DNA of 61,467 nt. Source: Bacteroidaceae bacterium (lineage in GTDB: Bacteria; Bacteroidota; Bacteroidia; Bacteroidales; Bacteroidaceae). Where the stretch lies: positions 1 through 61,467 of the forward strand of contig CAVAIX010000001.1 in the NCBI GenBank assembly GCA_963588695.1, in the 5' to 3' direction. The position numbers were made by a program, and so were the translations under genes. The notes under the pieces are model-generated. The model was not told where the DNA came from. It searched no databases and saw nothing but the letters and a program-made list of their open reading frames with translations. Below are positions 1 to 9,500 of this stretch, one piece after another; the first letter of the stretch is position 1; each line of letters opens with the position of its first letter.

Positions 1-2
1 CT

Positions 3-437
3 GTGATTCTGCATGGTGCACAGTTGCTCTATGCCTACGGAGAAGCTACCGTGCCCAAGATTACCGTTACCTTGCGTAAGTCATATGGTGGTTCCCACAT
101 CGTGATGGGTTCGAAGCAGTTGCACACCGACCTCAACTACGCATGGCCGTCAGCTGAGATTGCCGTGATGGGTGCCAGCGGTGCTGCCGCTGTCTTGTAT
201 GCCAAGGAGGCCAAAGCCAAGAAAGAAGCTGGCGAGGATGTCAAGACCTTCATTGCCGAGAAGGAAGAGGAGTATAACGAGCTTTTCGCCAATCCCTATC
301 AGGCTGCCAAATACGGCTACATTGACGATGTTATCGAACCGCGCAACACGCGCTTCCGCATCTGCCGTGGCTTAGCTCAACTGGCCACCAAGCGCGATGC
401 ACTGCCCGCCAAGAAGCACGGAAACATTCCCATGTAA
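3..437 (+). CDS. mmdA: Acyl-CoA carboxyltransferase subunit (methylmalonyl-CoA decarboxylase alpha / propionyl-CoA carboxylase beta), 5'-truncated by window edge
   Basis: HGAQLLYAYGEATVPKIT, RKSYGG, AWPSAEIAVMG, GYIDDVIEPRNTR and C-terminal KKHGNIP are typical carboxyltransferase C-terminal motifs; a biotin carrier gene lies downstream. Confidence 0.9.
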   Translation: MILHGAQLLYAYGEATVPKITVTLRKSYGGSHIVMGSKQLHTDLNYAWPSAEIAVMGASGAAAVLYAKEAKAKKEAGEDVKTFIAEKEEEYNELFANPYQAAKYGYIDDVIEPRNTRFRICRGLAQLATKRDALPAKKHGNIPM

Positions 438-449
438 ACACGCTGTACT

Positions 450-599
450 ATGAAAAATGAAGTTTATGCAGCCATTGCAATGGCTATCCATGAGTTCAAG
501 GGCAATAATGTCCATGACAAGGAGTCGGGTGTCATCACGATTGACGACAAGCAGACGCAATGGAACGGATACGCTATGGCAATGACAGAACATCCTTAA
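450..599 (+). CDS. 49-aa protein resembling the soluble C-terminal part of OadG/MmdD decarboxylase subunits
   Basis: Translated by hand (not in ORF track): MKNEVYAAIAMAIHEFKGNNVHDKESGVITIDDKQTQWNGYAMAMTEHP*. It fills the gap between the carboxyltransferase and the biotin carrier; E-x-x-AAIAMA and HD-x-ES-G-x-IT resemble the Bacteroidota OadG tail. Confidence 0.7.
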   Translation: MKNEVYAAIAMAIHEFKGNNVHDKESGVITIDDKQTQWNGYAMAMTEHP

Positions 600-613
600 A
601 AAAGAAAAGTACA

Positions 614-1042
614 ATGAAGAAAGATTACAAATACACCATCAACGGAAAAAAGTATGAGGTGAGCATTGGTGATGTTGCCGAGAACATGGTAACGGTCTGT
701 GTGAACGGGGAAACATATCAGGTGGAAATGGAGGCCGAACCGGAGGCTGAGAAACCTGTGGTGAAGCCCGTTGCAGCGAAACCTGCCGCAGCTCCTGCAG
801 CCGCCGCTCCGTCGGGAAAAATCAGTGCCGAGAATGCACTGAAGGCTCCCCTGCCTGGTGTCGTCACTGAGGTTCACGTCAATGTGGGCGACGAAGTGCA
901 GGCTGGCGATGTTGTCTTGGTGCTGGAAGCCATGAAGATGGCCAATAACATTGAGGCAGAAAAGAGCGGTAAAGTCACTGCCGTGTGCGTGCAACCGGGA
1001 CAGAGCGTGATGGAGGACGATACACTGATTGTCATCGAGTAA
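614..1042 (+). CDS. mmdC: Biotin carboxyl carrier protein
   Basis: Biotinylation motif LEAMKM, APLPG, Ala/Pro-rich linker; start moved from ORF-track 560 to the ATG at 614 (MKKDYKYTING). Confidence 0.92.
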   Translation: MKKDYKYTINGKKYEVSIGDVAENMVTVCVNGETYQVEMEAEPEAEKPVVKPVAAKPAAAPAAAAPSGKISAENALKAPLPGVVTEVHVNVGDEVQAGDVVLVLEAMKMANNIEAEKSGKVTAVCVQPGQSVMEDDTLIVIE

Positions 1043-1065
1043 CGCTTTATCATACAACTAAACAA

Positions 1066-1101
1066 CAAAGGAGGGAGTCCCATAGAGATTCCCTCCTTTT
1101 G
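1066..1101. terminator. Bidirectional intrinsic terminator between convergent mmdC and panD
   Basis: AAAGGAGGGAGTC...GATTCCCTCCTTTT hairpin with A and T tracts on either side. Confidence 0.8.
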
Positions 1102-1131
1102 TATGGTCTGCTGCCAAATTTTGCCTAAATC

Positions 1132-1476
1132 CTACAACCGATTGCCTGGTTTGGGGAACACGACAGTTGGTGTAAACGTCTTGGCCTCCTCGAAATCCAT
1201 CAGTGCATAGGAGATGATGATGCAAACGTCGCCTACCTGCACCTTGCGCGCTGCCGCTCCATTTAGGCAGATGCAGCCACTGCCGCGTTCTCCCTTGATG
1301 ATGTAGGTCTCGAAACGCTCGCCATTGTTGTTGTCAACGACTTGAACCTTTTCGCCAGCAATCATATGGGCAGCATCCATCAAGTCCTCGTCGATGGTGA
1401 TGCTCCCCATATAGTTGAGGTTGGCCTCCGTTACGGTGACGCAATGGAGCTTAGATTTCATTACTTCTATCATCAT
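1132..1476 (-). CDS. panD: Aspartate 1-decarboxylase
   Basis: KSKLH, Y-x-GSITID autocleavage site, [16 protein letters not shown]. Confidence 0.97.
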   Translation of the reverse strand: MMIEVMKSKLHCVTVTEANLNYMGSITIDEDLMDAAHMIAGEKVQVVDNNNGERFETYIIKGERGSGCICLNGAAARKVQVGDVCIIISYALMDFEEAKTFTPTVVFPKPGNRL

Positions 1477-2330
1477 GCCTCTGTCTTGTATTTGATGTGG
1501 TCAATCAGTCGGATGGGAGTCTTGCCGCAATAGACCGTGATGCAACCCACTACATAAGGCGTCTCGTCCCAAGAGGATACGTCCTGCAGCGTATGGCCGT
1601 TGACAATGGAGAAATACTCTACGTCCAATCCGTCCACCGCGTTGATGGTGCTGACTACGAAATCGTGCGTCTCGGCCACACTATGTGTCTTGGAGTAGGC
1701 GACACTATCCTTCAGTGCTTGATAAATGGTCGGTGCAATGGCGCGCTCGGCTTCCGTCAACAGCGTGTTGCGCGAACTGCGAGCCAGTCCGTCTGTGTCG
1801 CGCACGATGTCACACTCCACGATTTGAACCTTCAACCCAAGTTGCTTCACCATGGCCTTGACCACGGCAATCTGTTGCCAGTCCTTCTCACCGAAGTAGG
1901 CACGGTCGGGTTTGACGATATAGAACAGGCGGCTCACCACCTGGCACACCCCGTTGAAATGACCAGGACGATGCGCACCTTCCATCACCGTGGAGATGGG
2001 CGGAAACTCGAAATGGCGCGTGTCTGGCGTGGGGTACATCTCCTCTACAGAGGGAGCCAATACATAGTCCGCCCCACAACTGTCCAGTAATTGGCAGTCC
2101 GCCTCCAGCGTGCGAGGATAGTGTTGTAAGTCGTTCTTATCGTTGAACTGGGTGGGGTTGACGAATACTGAGACCACCGTGACACCATTCTCCTTGACAC
2201 TGCGGCGCACCAACGACGCGTGCCCCTCATGAAGCGCGCCCATGGTAGGCACAAGTCCTATTTCCTTTCCTTTCTTTCGGTCTTCAAACAATCGGTTCTG
2301 AAGATCCACTATCCTGTTGAAAACTTCCAT
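1473..2330 (-). CDS. panC: Pantoate-beta-alanine ligase
   Basis: [36 protein letters not shown]-x-SSRN, RLIDH. Confidence 0.97.
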   Translation of the reverse strand: MEVFNRIVDLQNRLFEDRKKGKEIGLVPTMGALHEGHASLVRRSVKENGVTVVSVFVNPTQFNDKNDLQHYPRTLEADCQLLDSCGADYVLAPSVEEMYPTPDTRHFEFPPISTVMEGAHRPGHFNGVCQVVSRLFYIVKPDRAYFGEKDWQQIAVVKAMVKQLGLKVQIVECDIVRDTDGLARSSRNTLLTEAERAIAPTIYQALKDSVAYSKTHSVAETHDFVVSTINAVDGLDVEYFSIVNGHTLQDVSSWDETPYVVGCITVYCGKTPIRLIDHIKYKTEA

Positions 2331-2473
2331 TCCTCTTTCTGTATGTTCTAAGCAGGTGCAAAATAACTACTTTTTTATTAAATAATGAAACGTTTTTGGT
2401 GAAAATATGCCAAAAGAAGGTGCAAAAAACTTAAATTATCGTACGGCACAAACCATTTTCGAAAAAAAATTCG

Positions 2474-2481
2474 TAACTTTG
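2474..2481 (+). promoter_or_regulatory. Bacteroidota -7 promoter element (TAACTTTG)
   Basis: Matches TAnnTTTG, 24 nt upstream of ATG 2506. Confidence 0.65.
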
Positions 2482-2505
2482 CAAGGGTAAAACACTAAAC
2501 GAATT

Positions 2506-3303
2506 ATGGCAAAGAAGATATTGTTCATCAACCAAGAGATTGTTCCTTACGTTACGGAAAACGAGCTCTCGACTATGGGAAAGGCGTTGCCGCAGGCTAT
2601 GCAGGAGAATGGGCACGAGATTCGTACGTTCATGCCCAAATGGGGCAACATCAACGAGCGCCGCGGACAGTTGCATGAGGTGATTCGTCTCTCCGGTATG
2701 AACATCATCATCGACGATACTGACCATCCGCTCATTATCAAGGTGGCCACCATCGCGCAGACTCGCATCCAGGTTTATTTCATCGACAACGACGATTATT
2801 TTACCCGTCGCCAAATGGACAAAGATGAGAACGGTGTGGACTTTGCCGACAACGGCGAGCGCGCCATTTTCTTTGCACGCGGTGTGCTGGAAACGGTCAA
2901 GAAGTTGCGTTGGGTGCCCGACATTATCCACGTACAGGGTTGGATGGGAGCCGTAGTGCCCCTATTCATCAAGATGGCGTACTGCGACGAGCCTTCGTTT
3001 GCCAGTACCAAGGTGGTCACGTCGCTGTTCCCCAACCGGATGACGAGTGACTTAGCACCCAATTTCAAGAAATGCCTTGAATTCCGCGATATCACCGCAG
3101 ATACACTAAAGAAATACAAGGATGTGTTTGACGCGGCAGAACTGGCTAAGTTGGCCGTTGACTACAGCGATGGTGTCATTGCTGCCCATCAAGACACGGA
3201 CGCCGCATGGATGGACTACGCTGCTGCACAGGGCGTTCCGACCCTTGCTTACCCCGGCACGGACTTTGGTCAGGCTTACGAAGACTTCTACGAGAAGCTG
3301 TGA
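2506..3303 (+). CDS. Glycogen/starch synthase-like protein (Glyco_transf_5 N-terminal domain only)
   Basis: GHEIRTFMPKWG, VYFIDNDDYF, DNGERAIFFARG, PDIIHVQGW; usual Bacteroidota position beside panC and DUF4270. Confidence 0.85.
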   Translation: MAKKILFINQEIVPYVTENELSTMGKALPQAMQENGHEIRTFMPKWGNINERRGQLHEVIRLSGMNIIIDDTDHPLIIKVATIAQTRIQVYFIDNDDYFTRRQMDKDENGVDFADNGERAIFFARGVLETVKKLRWVPDIIHVQGWMGAVVPLFIKMAYCDEPSFASTKVVTSLFPNRMTSDLAPNFKKCLEFRDITADTLKKYKDVFDAAELAKLAVDYSDGVIAAHQDTDAAWMDYAAAQGVPTLAYPGTDFGQAYEDFYEKL

Positions 3304-3364
3304 TGTGGACATCAAGACAAAAGGTAAAAAAGAGATAAGGATATCAAAGACAACCATTACTTCA

Positions 3365-4846
3365 ATGACAAAGAAAACACTATTAGCAGCCATTGCCCTC
3401 CCACTGATGGCAATCTGCTCTTGCGACGAAGATACGGCAGGCGTAGGCAACACCATCAGCAATGGTGCGGATCTGTTTGCCATTTCTACTGATTCATTCC
3501 AAGTGTCCTCTCGCTCTATTGTGGTTGACTCGGTCATTTCGCGGAGCGAATACAGCTACCTCGGTCGTATCAAAGACCCCGAGACGGGATCGTATATCAC
3601 GAGCGACTATATGACACAGTTCACGCTGCTTGAGAACGAGAGCAGCGACATCTTCCCACCCAAGGACAGCATAATCAGTCTGTCGGACAATGGTGAGGTC
3701 GTGGCCGACTCGTGTGCGCTGAGCATTGTTGTCAATAGTTGGCAAGGCGACTCTTTGGCTGCTTTGAAACTCTCTGTATTCGAGGTTGGTACACCCGTGG
3801 AAGAGGGAAAAACTTACTACACTAACTTTGACCCTATCTCGAAGGGTTATATTCGGGAAGGCGGACTGCGCGAGAACAAAATGTTCTCTGTTGTTAACTT
3901 ACAGTTGAGTGACAGCCTGCGCAATGTGCAGCAGTCGGGATCGTACTACCAATACGTCAGCATTCCGCTGAACCAGCAATATACCGACAAGGCTGGAAAT
4001 ACGTACAACAACTACGGTACCTATCTTATGCACGCCTTCTACGCCCATCCTGAATATTTCAAGAACTCCTATAACTTCATCCACAAGGTTTGTCCGGGCT
4101 TCTATCTCAAGATTACCGACGGACTGGGACTGATGAATGAGGTGGTGCGCACACAGCTGACGGTTTATTTCCGAGGCAAAGAGAACGACACAACCTATGT
4201 GGGTAGTAAAACCTTTACTGGAACGGAAGAGGTGCTCCAAACCACTTGTATCACCAACGACAAGAAGACGGTGGCTCGTTTGGCTGCCGACAATAGTTGT
4301 ACCTACTTGAAGACACCAGCTGGAATCTTTACTGAAGTGACACTGCCCGTCGACGACATCAAACTCAACCACGAGAATGATACGCTCACCTCGGCCAAGA
4401 TTGTATTCAACAAGATGAACGCCCAGAGTAGTCTTAGCGACGAATTGCTACAAGAACCCACGCAGCTGCTGATGGTGGAAAAGGACAGCCTGAACGCATT
4501 CTTCGAAAACTTGGATGTGGCCGACAATAAAACGTCCTATTTAGCCACGTATAGTAGCACAAAGAACACCTATACCTATAGCAACATTTCCAACCTCATC
4601 AACCACCTCTATCTGAAGAGGAAGAACGGCGGCAGCAACTATGTTGCCACACATCCGAACTGGAACAAGGTGGTGTTAGTGCCTGTCAAAACGGTGACGA
4701 CAACGTCCAGCTCGTATTACACGAGCACGACGACCATCACAGGCATCAACAACGAGATGTCGCTGACCAGTGTTCGCTTGGTGGGAGGCAGCGAGAATGC
4801 TCATGCTCCCATCCATATCACCGTAATTTACAGCAAAAATCAGTAG
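3365..4846 (+). CDS. DUF4270-type outer-membrane lipoprotein
   Basis: Lipoprotein signal MTKKTLLAAIALPLMAICSC-DED; YLGRIKDPETG and YLKTPAGIFTEVTLP motifs; synteny. Start moved from 3122 to 3365. Confidence 0.8.
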   Translation: MTKKTLLAAIALPLMAICSCDEDTAGVGNTISNGADLFAISTDSFQVSSRSIVVDSVISRSEYSYLGRIKDPETGSYITSDYMTQFTLLENESSDIFPPKDSIISLSDNGEVVADSCALSIVVNSWQGDSLAALKLSVFEVGTPVEEGKTYYTNFDPISKGYIREGGLRENKMFSVVNLQLSDSLRNVQQSGSYYQYVSIPLNQQYTDKAGNTYNNYGTYLMHAFYAHPEYFKNSYNFIHKVCPGFYLKITDGLGLMNEVVRTQLTVYFRGKENDTTYVGSKTFTGTEEVLQTTCITNDKKTVARLAADNSCTYLKTPAGIFTEVTLPVDDIKLNHENDTLTSAKIVFNKMNAQSSLSDELLQEPTQLLMVEKDSLNAFFENLDVADNKTSYLATYSSTKNTYTYSNISNLINHLYLKRKNGGSNYVATHPNWNKVVLVPVKTVTTTSSSYYTSTTTITGINNEMSLTSVRLVGGSENAHAPIHITVIYSKNQ

Positions 4847-4854
4847 GTCTCGCC

Positions 4855-4986
4855 ATGGCCGATAATTTCTTAGAAAGGCATTCAGAAGAGTATGAAGCCC
4901 ACAAGGCGGCTTTCCTTCGCAAGAAGAAGCATCTGCCTAAAGTCTCGCGTCCAGCTATTCAAAGGCCGGACGACGAGGCTTTGTAA
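4855..4986 (+). CDS. 43-aa small protein (MADNFLE... type)
   Basis: Translated by hand: MADNFLERHSEEYEAHKAAFLRKKKHLPKVSRPAIQRPDDEAL*; fills the gap between DUF4270 and cobC with tight spacing. Confidence 0.6.
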   Translation: MADNFLERHSEEYEAHKAAFLRKKKHLPKVSRPAIQRPDDEAL

Positions 4987-4992
4987 TTGTCT

Positions 4993-5535
4993 ATGAAACT
5001 CGTATTGGTCAGACACACCAGTGTCAATGTGCCACCTGGCACGTGCTACGGACAGACCGATGTCGGTGTGGCTAATACGTTTGAACAGGAAGCGTTGCAG
5101 ACGAAAGCGACGCTGGATGCCTTATGGGAAACGGAGCGTCCCGATGCAGCTTTCACCTCGCCCCTCACTCGGGCGCGACTGTTAGCTGTCTATTGCGGTT
5201 TTGCCGATGCGACAGCTGACAGCCGACTGTTAGAGATGAACATGGGAGACTGGGAGATGAAACGCTACGACGACATCACCGATCCGTATCTGCAACAATG
5301 GTACGATGATTACCTGCATCTGCCTACACCCCACGGTGAGAGTTTCCCTATACAATGCGAACGGGTGGCCACATTCCTTGACGAATTGAAGGCCTGTGAC
5401 CACCGTTGCGTGGTTGTCTTTACCCATGCTGGGGTAATTGCTGCTGCCATGGTCTATGCTCAACGCTACTCACCGCAGGAAGTCTGGCAGCATCCTGTCC
5501 CCTATGGTAGTGTGGAGGTGTTGGAACTTACTTGA
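4993..5535 (+). CDS. cobC: Histidine phosphatase, alpha-ribazole phosphatase-like
   Basis: LVRHT, CYGQTDV, FTSPLTRA, RLLEMNMGDWE, GES, FTHAGVI. Confidence 0.8.
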   Translation: MKLVLVRHTSVNVPPGTCYGQTDVGVANTFEQEALQTKATLDALWETERPDAAFTSPLTRARLLAVYCGFADATADSRLLEMNMGDWEMKRYDDITDPYLQQWYDDYLHLPTPHGESFPIQCERVATFLDELKACDHRCVVVFTHAGVIAAAMVYAQRYSPQEVWQHPVPYGSVEVLELT

Positions 5536-8110
5536 CTCTGATGGCACTCACCGAATAGGGCGGCAGCGTTATCGTGTTGCCATTGACTTTTGTGCCAATC
5601 ATGTTGTCACCATTGACTTTCATGGCAGCCGTGCTACCGAAAAGCTTGACTTTCTGATCCGTAGGCTGTCCATAGAAGCCCTGCACCTCACTAACGTTGA
5701 GCGTTAAGCCAGAAACATCCAGTGATACGGAAGAGGGCAGTGCATTCACGAGTTTCAGCACTGTCTCATTGCTCGCAGTCTTCACTACACTCACGGCTAC
5801 GCGATTCTGTGGGGCTTTACCAACAAGAAGTTGTGACTCGATAAAGCTGACCCCATCGTTGACGGAGAACAACTGCTGGGTGTAGTAGCTGGGTGTGAGC
5901 ATGATGTCTGTATTACTGAAATAAATCAGGTCAGGATTCCAGTTATGGTGACCTTCCTTGCACAGCAGTGGTGCATAGCTCGTCATAGCCACCACATCGG
6001 CATTGCGTTCGATGTGACACAGATGCATCGCCTCAACGAGTGCCGACTCCATCGTACGAGTGCGCGAGGCCCATTCACCGAGATACACTTTCGGGGCTTT
6101 ACGGTCGTAGTTGTCGTAGTAGTCCTGATGGTTCATAAACCACCCTGTGGACTCATAGTAATGCTCGTCCACCATGTCGATCACATCCGCATGAGACTTT
6201 GCAAATTTCCAACCTTCGATATAGTCAGCAGAGGGAGCATGGAAGGGGCCTACCGTGCCGCAGACGATAATCTCTGGATATTTCTTCTTGATGGCCTGAC
6301 AAATCATCAGATAGCGTTCCTCAAAGGTGGTGGAGATGATGTCTTCATTGCCAATACCCACATATTTCAGATTGAACGGCGCAGGATGTCCAGCCTCGGC
6401 ACGCATCTTCGCCCATTGGCTTGTGGCAGGGTCGCCATTGGCCCATTCTATCATGTCGAGAATCTCTTGACAATAGGCGGGCATCTGTTCCATAGGAATA
6501 CCACCCTGTTGCCCACCATATCCTTCTGCATTAACCCCTGAATTTTGGCACGGCACACCCGCTGCTAATACAGGCAACGGCTCTGCACCAATGTCCTCGC
6601 AGAACTGGAAATACTCGTAGAAGCCGAGTCCGCGTGTCTGATGGTAGTTCCAGATGTTCTTGTCTGGCACACGGTCTTGCCACGAACCGATGGTATGATT
6701 CCAGTGATAGATATTTTCGATGCCGTCACCGTGGCTCATGCAGCCGCCTGGAAACCTTACGAACTTCGGTTGCAGGTCAGCAATCACCTGCGCCAGGTCC
6801 TTGCGTAACCCGTGCCCCTTGAAGGTGTCGTGCGGAAATAAGGAAATCATGTCGAGTGCCACCTTCGTGTTCTTCTTGCCTACTAACATCAGTTGGCACT
6901 TCACGATGCTGTCGCCGTATTGTTTTACACGTTTTTTATTGGCTGTGTTGAGCGACAAGGTGTAGCGTTGCCACTGGTTGTCCGCCACCTTCAGCTTTCC
7001 TTCCGCCATCACGAAGCCGTCTTCGCTGACCAAGGCCACGGAGAGCGATTGGCTACCACCCTCTGTCAACCGAGCATAGAGTGAGAAATCGTATTGTGCT
7101 CCACGGTCGCATATGCCGTCCCAGCCTTCGTTGTACAGCGTATCAGCGGCGATGACCACATAGTGAGGATTGTTCGCGCTGAGCGGTTGGCCTGTTGCGA
7201 TGGTGAGAGGTGCACTGCATTTCCATGCCGTTGTAGCGTGCCATCCCTTATGGTCAGCAGCGGTGTATTCGAAATCTCGATTCTGCACCAGTTCTGCGTA
7301 GAGTCCGCCATCGGCTGCATAGCTGATGTCCTCGAAGAAGATTCCCACGAGTTTATCCGAAATAGCCTTGCTCTTCGAGGGGGATACGCGAAGCGAGGCC
7401 TTGACCACCTGAGGAAGGTTCTTAAAGCGTTCCGCGTCGTCGCGCATCGTCTCTTGATTCTTCTTTGCCTCGTCTGCCAACGTCTTGAAATACGCTCTTA
7501 TCTGGTTGAGATAATCCTTCGAGACCTCAAACAGATTGCCGTCCACGAGTGTGCCGTCTATGGTTGCCGTGTCTGGCGTCCATTCCTCCATAGCATTTCC
7601 TGTAGCCACCTCTTTGAACTGTCGGAAATCAGCCGATGCTTCAACGTGCAGCATACCCTGTTTGGACTTCATGTAGAGATCAAACGAGCCGTCTGCTTTT
7701 TGTTTGATGACTGGCTTTGCCACGCCTTGTATCGAAATTTTGGGGTAGTCTTGTGGTCGCCATGTCATGAGGTCGTCACTATAGGCTGCTGCAAAGCATG
7801 GTGCATAGTCGTTTACAGCCCATACCGCTCTCCAAGTGCCGTCTGTGGCTCGCAAAACGAAGGGGTTGTACATCCGCTTCTCCGACCCCCATCGGGAATA
7901 GTCGGAAGAACACAGCTGTCCGATGTGCTCCCAATGGTTTTTCCCGTTGAGGAAAGCCACATGAAGTCCAGCTTTGTCGTCTGGTGAGTACACGAAAATC
8001 TGACACGCGTCATTCTTTTCTGCTGCCATCAACGGGCGAGACTGTCGCTGCGCTAGTGTTCCGACTGCCATGAGCAGCAAGACTGCCGCGCAAAATACGC
8101 TTCTTTTCAT
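5528..8110 (-). CDS. Secreted alpha-L-arabinofuranosidase (GH51) with an extra N-terminal domain
   Basis: Signal peptide; GIFFEDISYAADGGLYAELVQNRDFE, RFPGGC, GIGNED (acid/base), DEHYY, YLGEWA (nucleophile), SYAPL. Confidence 0.9.
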   Translation of the reverse strand: MKRSVFCAAVLLLMAVGTLAQRQSRPLMAAEKNDACQIFVYSPDDKAGLHVAFLNGKNHWEHIGQLCSSDYSRWGSEKRMYNPFVLRATDGTWRAVWAVNDYAPCFAAAYSDDLMTWRPQDYPKISIQGVAKPVIKQKADGSFDLYMKSKQGMLHVEASADFRQFKEVATGNAMEEWTPDTATIDGTLVDGNLFEVSKDYLNQIRAYFKTLADEAKKNQETMRDDAERFKNLPQVVKASLRVSPSKSKAISDKLVGIFFEDISYAADGGLYAELVQNRDFEYTAADHKGWHATTAWKCSAPLTIATGQPLSANNPHYVVIAADTLYNEGWDGICDRGAQYDFSLYARLTEGGSQSLSVALVSEDGFVMAEGKLKVADNQWQRYTLSLNTANKKRVKQYGDSIVKCQLMLVGKKNTKVALDMISLFPHDTFKGHGLRKDLAQVIADLQPKFVRFPGGCMSHGDGIENIYHWNHTIGSWQDRVPDKNIWNYHQTRGLGFYEYFQFCEDIGAEPLPVLAAGVPCQNSGVNAEGYGGQQGGIPMEQMPAYCQEILDMIEWANGDPATSQWAKMRAEAGHPAPFNLKYVGIGNEDIISTTFEERYLMICQAIKKKYPEIIVCGTVGPFHAPSADYIEGWKFAKSHADVIDMVDEHYYESTGWFMNHQDYYDNYDRKAPKVYLGEWASRTRTMESALVEAMHLCHIERNADVVAMTSYAPLLCKEGHHNWNPDLIYFSNTDIMLTPSYYTQQLFSVNDGVSFIESQLLVGKAPQNRVAVSVVKTASNETVLKLVNALPSSVSLDVSGLTLNVSEVQGFYGQPTDQKVKLFGSTAAMKVNGDNMIGTKVNGNTITLPPYSVSAIRVK

Positions 8111-8114
8111 TCGG

Positions 8115-8660
8115 TTATTTCTTATTGGTGATTATCTTCATACCCTCCTCTACGGCTTGCATATTGAGGGGAATCATCGCATGGTGGCGTTCTGGCAGCG
8201 ACTTGTAGAGTGCTTTGTTCAGTCCGTCGGTGCTCACCACCGGGCAGACTCCGAGCAATGCTCCGAGCACAATCATGTTGAACACCTTAGCGTTCTTCAT
8301 CTCCGCCGCTTTGTCCATGGCATCCACGCGAAACACCTCGATATCGTTGCGTGTAGGTGGATTGACGATGCCAAAGCCGTCGTAGATTAAGAGTCCACCC
8401 GGCTTCACCTTGCTCTCAAACTTATCGAGCGAGGGTTGGTTGAGCACGATGGCCACGTCGAATCGGCTCAATATGGGTGAGCTGATGCGTTCGTCGCTCA
8501 CAATGACTGTTACGTTGGCCGTTCCACCGCGCTGTTCGGGGCCGTATGCTGGCATCCATGTCACCTCTTTATTGTCCATCAGTCCCGAGTACGCCAGTAT
8601 TTTGCCCATAGAGAGCACGCCTTGACCTCCGAAACCAGATATGATGATTTCTTTTTTCAT
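8115..8660 (-). CDS. 2-oxoacid:ferredoxin oxidoreductase gamma subunit
   Basis: ISGFGGQGVLSMG, PAYGPEQRGGTA, NMIVLGA; real start MKKEIII at 8660. Confidence 0.92.
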   Translation of the reverse strand: MKKEIIISGFGGQGVLSMGKILAYSGLMDNKEVTWMPAYGPEQRGGTANVTVIVSDERISSPILSRFDVAIVLNQPSLDKFESKVKPGGLLIYDGFGIVNPPTRNDIEVFRVDAMDKAAEMKNAKVFNMIVLGALLGVCPVVSTDGLNKALYKSLPERHHAMIPLNMQAVEEGMKIITNKK

Positions 8661-8689
8661 AGCCTTGTTCCTTTTTGTTCTGTTTTGCT

Positions 8690-8745
8690 TTTTGACTAAA
8701 GTCCCGTTGTGTTTCTGCTTGCTTTTGACTAAAGTCCCGTTGTGT
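8690..8745. repeat. 23-bp direct repeat with 33-bp period duplicating the 3' end of the beta-subunit gene
   Basis: TTTTGACTAAAGTCCCGTTGTGT at 8690-8712 and 8723-8745. Confidence 0.9.
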
Positions 8746-9496
8746 CTTTGAGGTCGCCTTTTGGATAGTATTTGAACATGTGTTCCTCCATCCATTCGTT
8801 GGCGGCTTTTGGTGACATTTTCCATCCGCTGTTGCAGGTTGACACTATCTCTACGAGACAGCTGCCTTTGCCGGCCATTGATGCTTCGAAGGCCTTGCGG
8901 ATGGCTTTCTTTGCACTGCGGATGGCTGCTACGCTTTGCACGCTTTGTCGCGTCACATAGCATGTGCCCTCCAGTGTCGAGGCAATCTCTGTGATGTGGA
9001 GGGGATAGCCGTGGAGGTCGGCCTGTCGTCCATAGGGACAGGTAGAGGTTTTCATGCCCATCAGTGTGGTTGGTGCCATCTGTCCGCCCGTCATTCCGTA
9101 GATAGCGTTGTTGATGAAGATGATGGCGATGTGCTCCCCACGGTTCAGTGCGTGTATGGTCTCGCAGGTGCCAATGCAGGCCAAGTCGCCGTCGCCTTGA
9201 TAGGTGAACACGAGGCGATCTGGCCACAGTCGTTTGATGGCCGTAGCCACAGCAGGAGCGCGCCCGTGAGCTGCTTCTTGCCAGTCGATGTCTAGATAGT
9301 TATAAGCGAAGACGGCACATCCCACGGGCGATACGCCTACGGTTTTCTCTGCCATTCCCATTTCTTCGATGACCTCAGCCACCAGTTTATGCACCACACC
9401 ATGCGAACACCCTGGACAGTAGTGCATGTGGTTGTCGTTCATTAGGGTGGGTTTCTGATATATCAGGTTCTCAGGTTTGATGATTTCGTTCTCCAT
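8729..9496 (-). CDS. 2-oxoacid:ferredoxin oxidoreductase beta (TPP-binding) subunit
   Basis: YCPGCSHG, PVGC, HGRAPA, GDGD...NNAIYGMTGGQMAPTT. Confidence 0.93.
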   Translation of the reverse strand: MENEIIKPENLIYQKPTLMNDNHMHYCPGCSHGVVHKLVAEVIEEMGMAEKTVGVSPVGCAVFAYNYLDIDWQEAAHGRAPAVATAIKRLWPDRLVFTYQGDGDLACIGTCETIHALNRGEHIAIIFINNAIYGMTGGQMAPTTLMGMKTSTCPYGRQADLHGYPLHITEIASTLEGTCYVTRQSVQSVAAIRSAKKAIRKAFEASMAGKGSCLVEIVSTCNSGWKMSPKAANEWMEEHMFKYYPKGDLKDTTGL

Positions 9497-9500
9497 AGTG

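Noticed and set aside
2506..3303. Truncated glgA pseudogene
   Set aside because: Intact ORF with a promoter; the single-domain form next to panC and DUF4270 is a normal Bacteroidota arrangement
8661..9227. 370-aa ORF suggesting an extended gamma subunit or a beta-gamma frameshift fusion
   Set aside because: The extension is an alternate frame of the beta gene with non-protein-like composition; a clear gamma start exists at 8660 and no slippery site is evident
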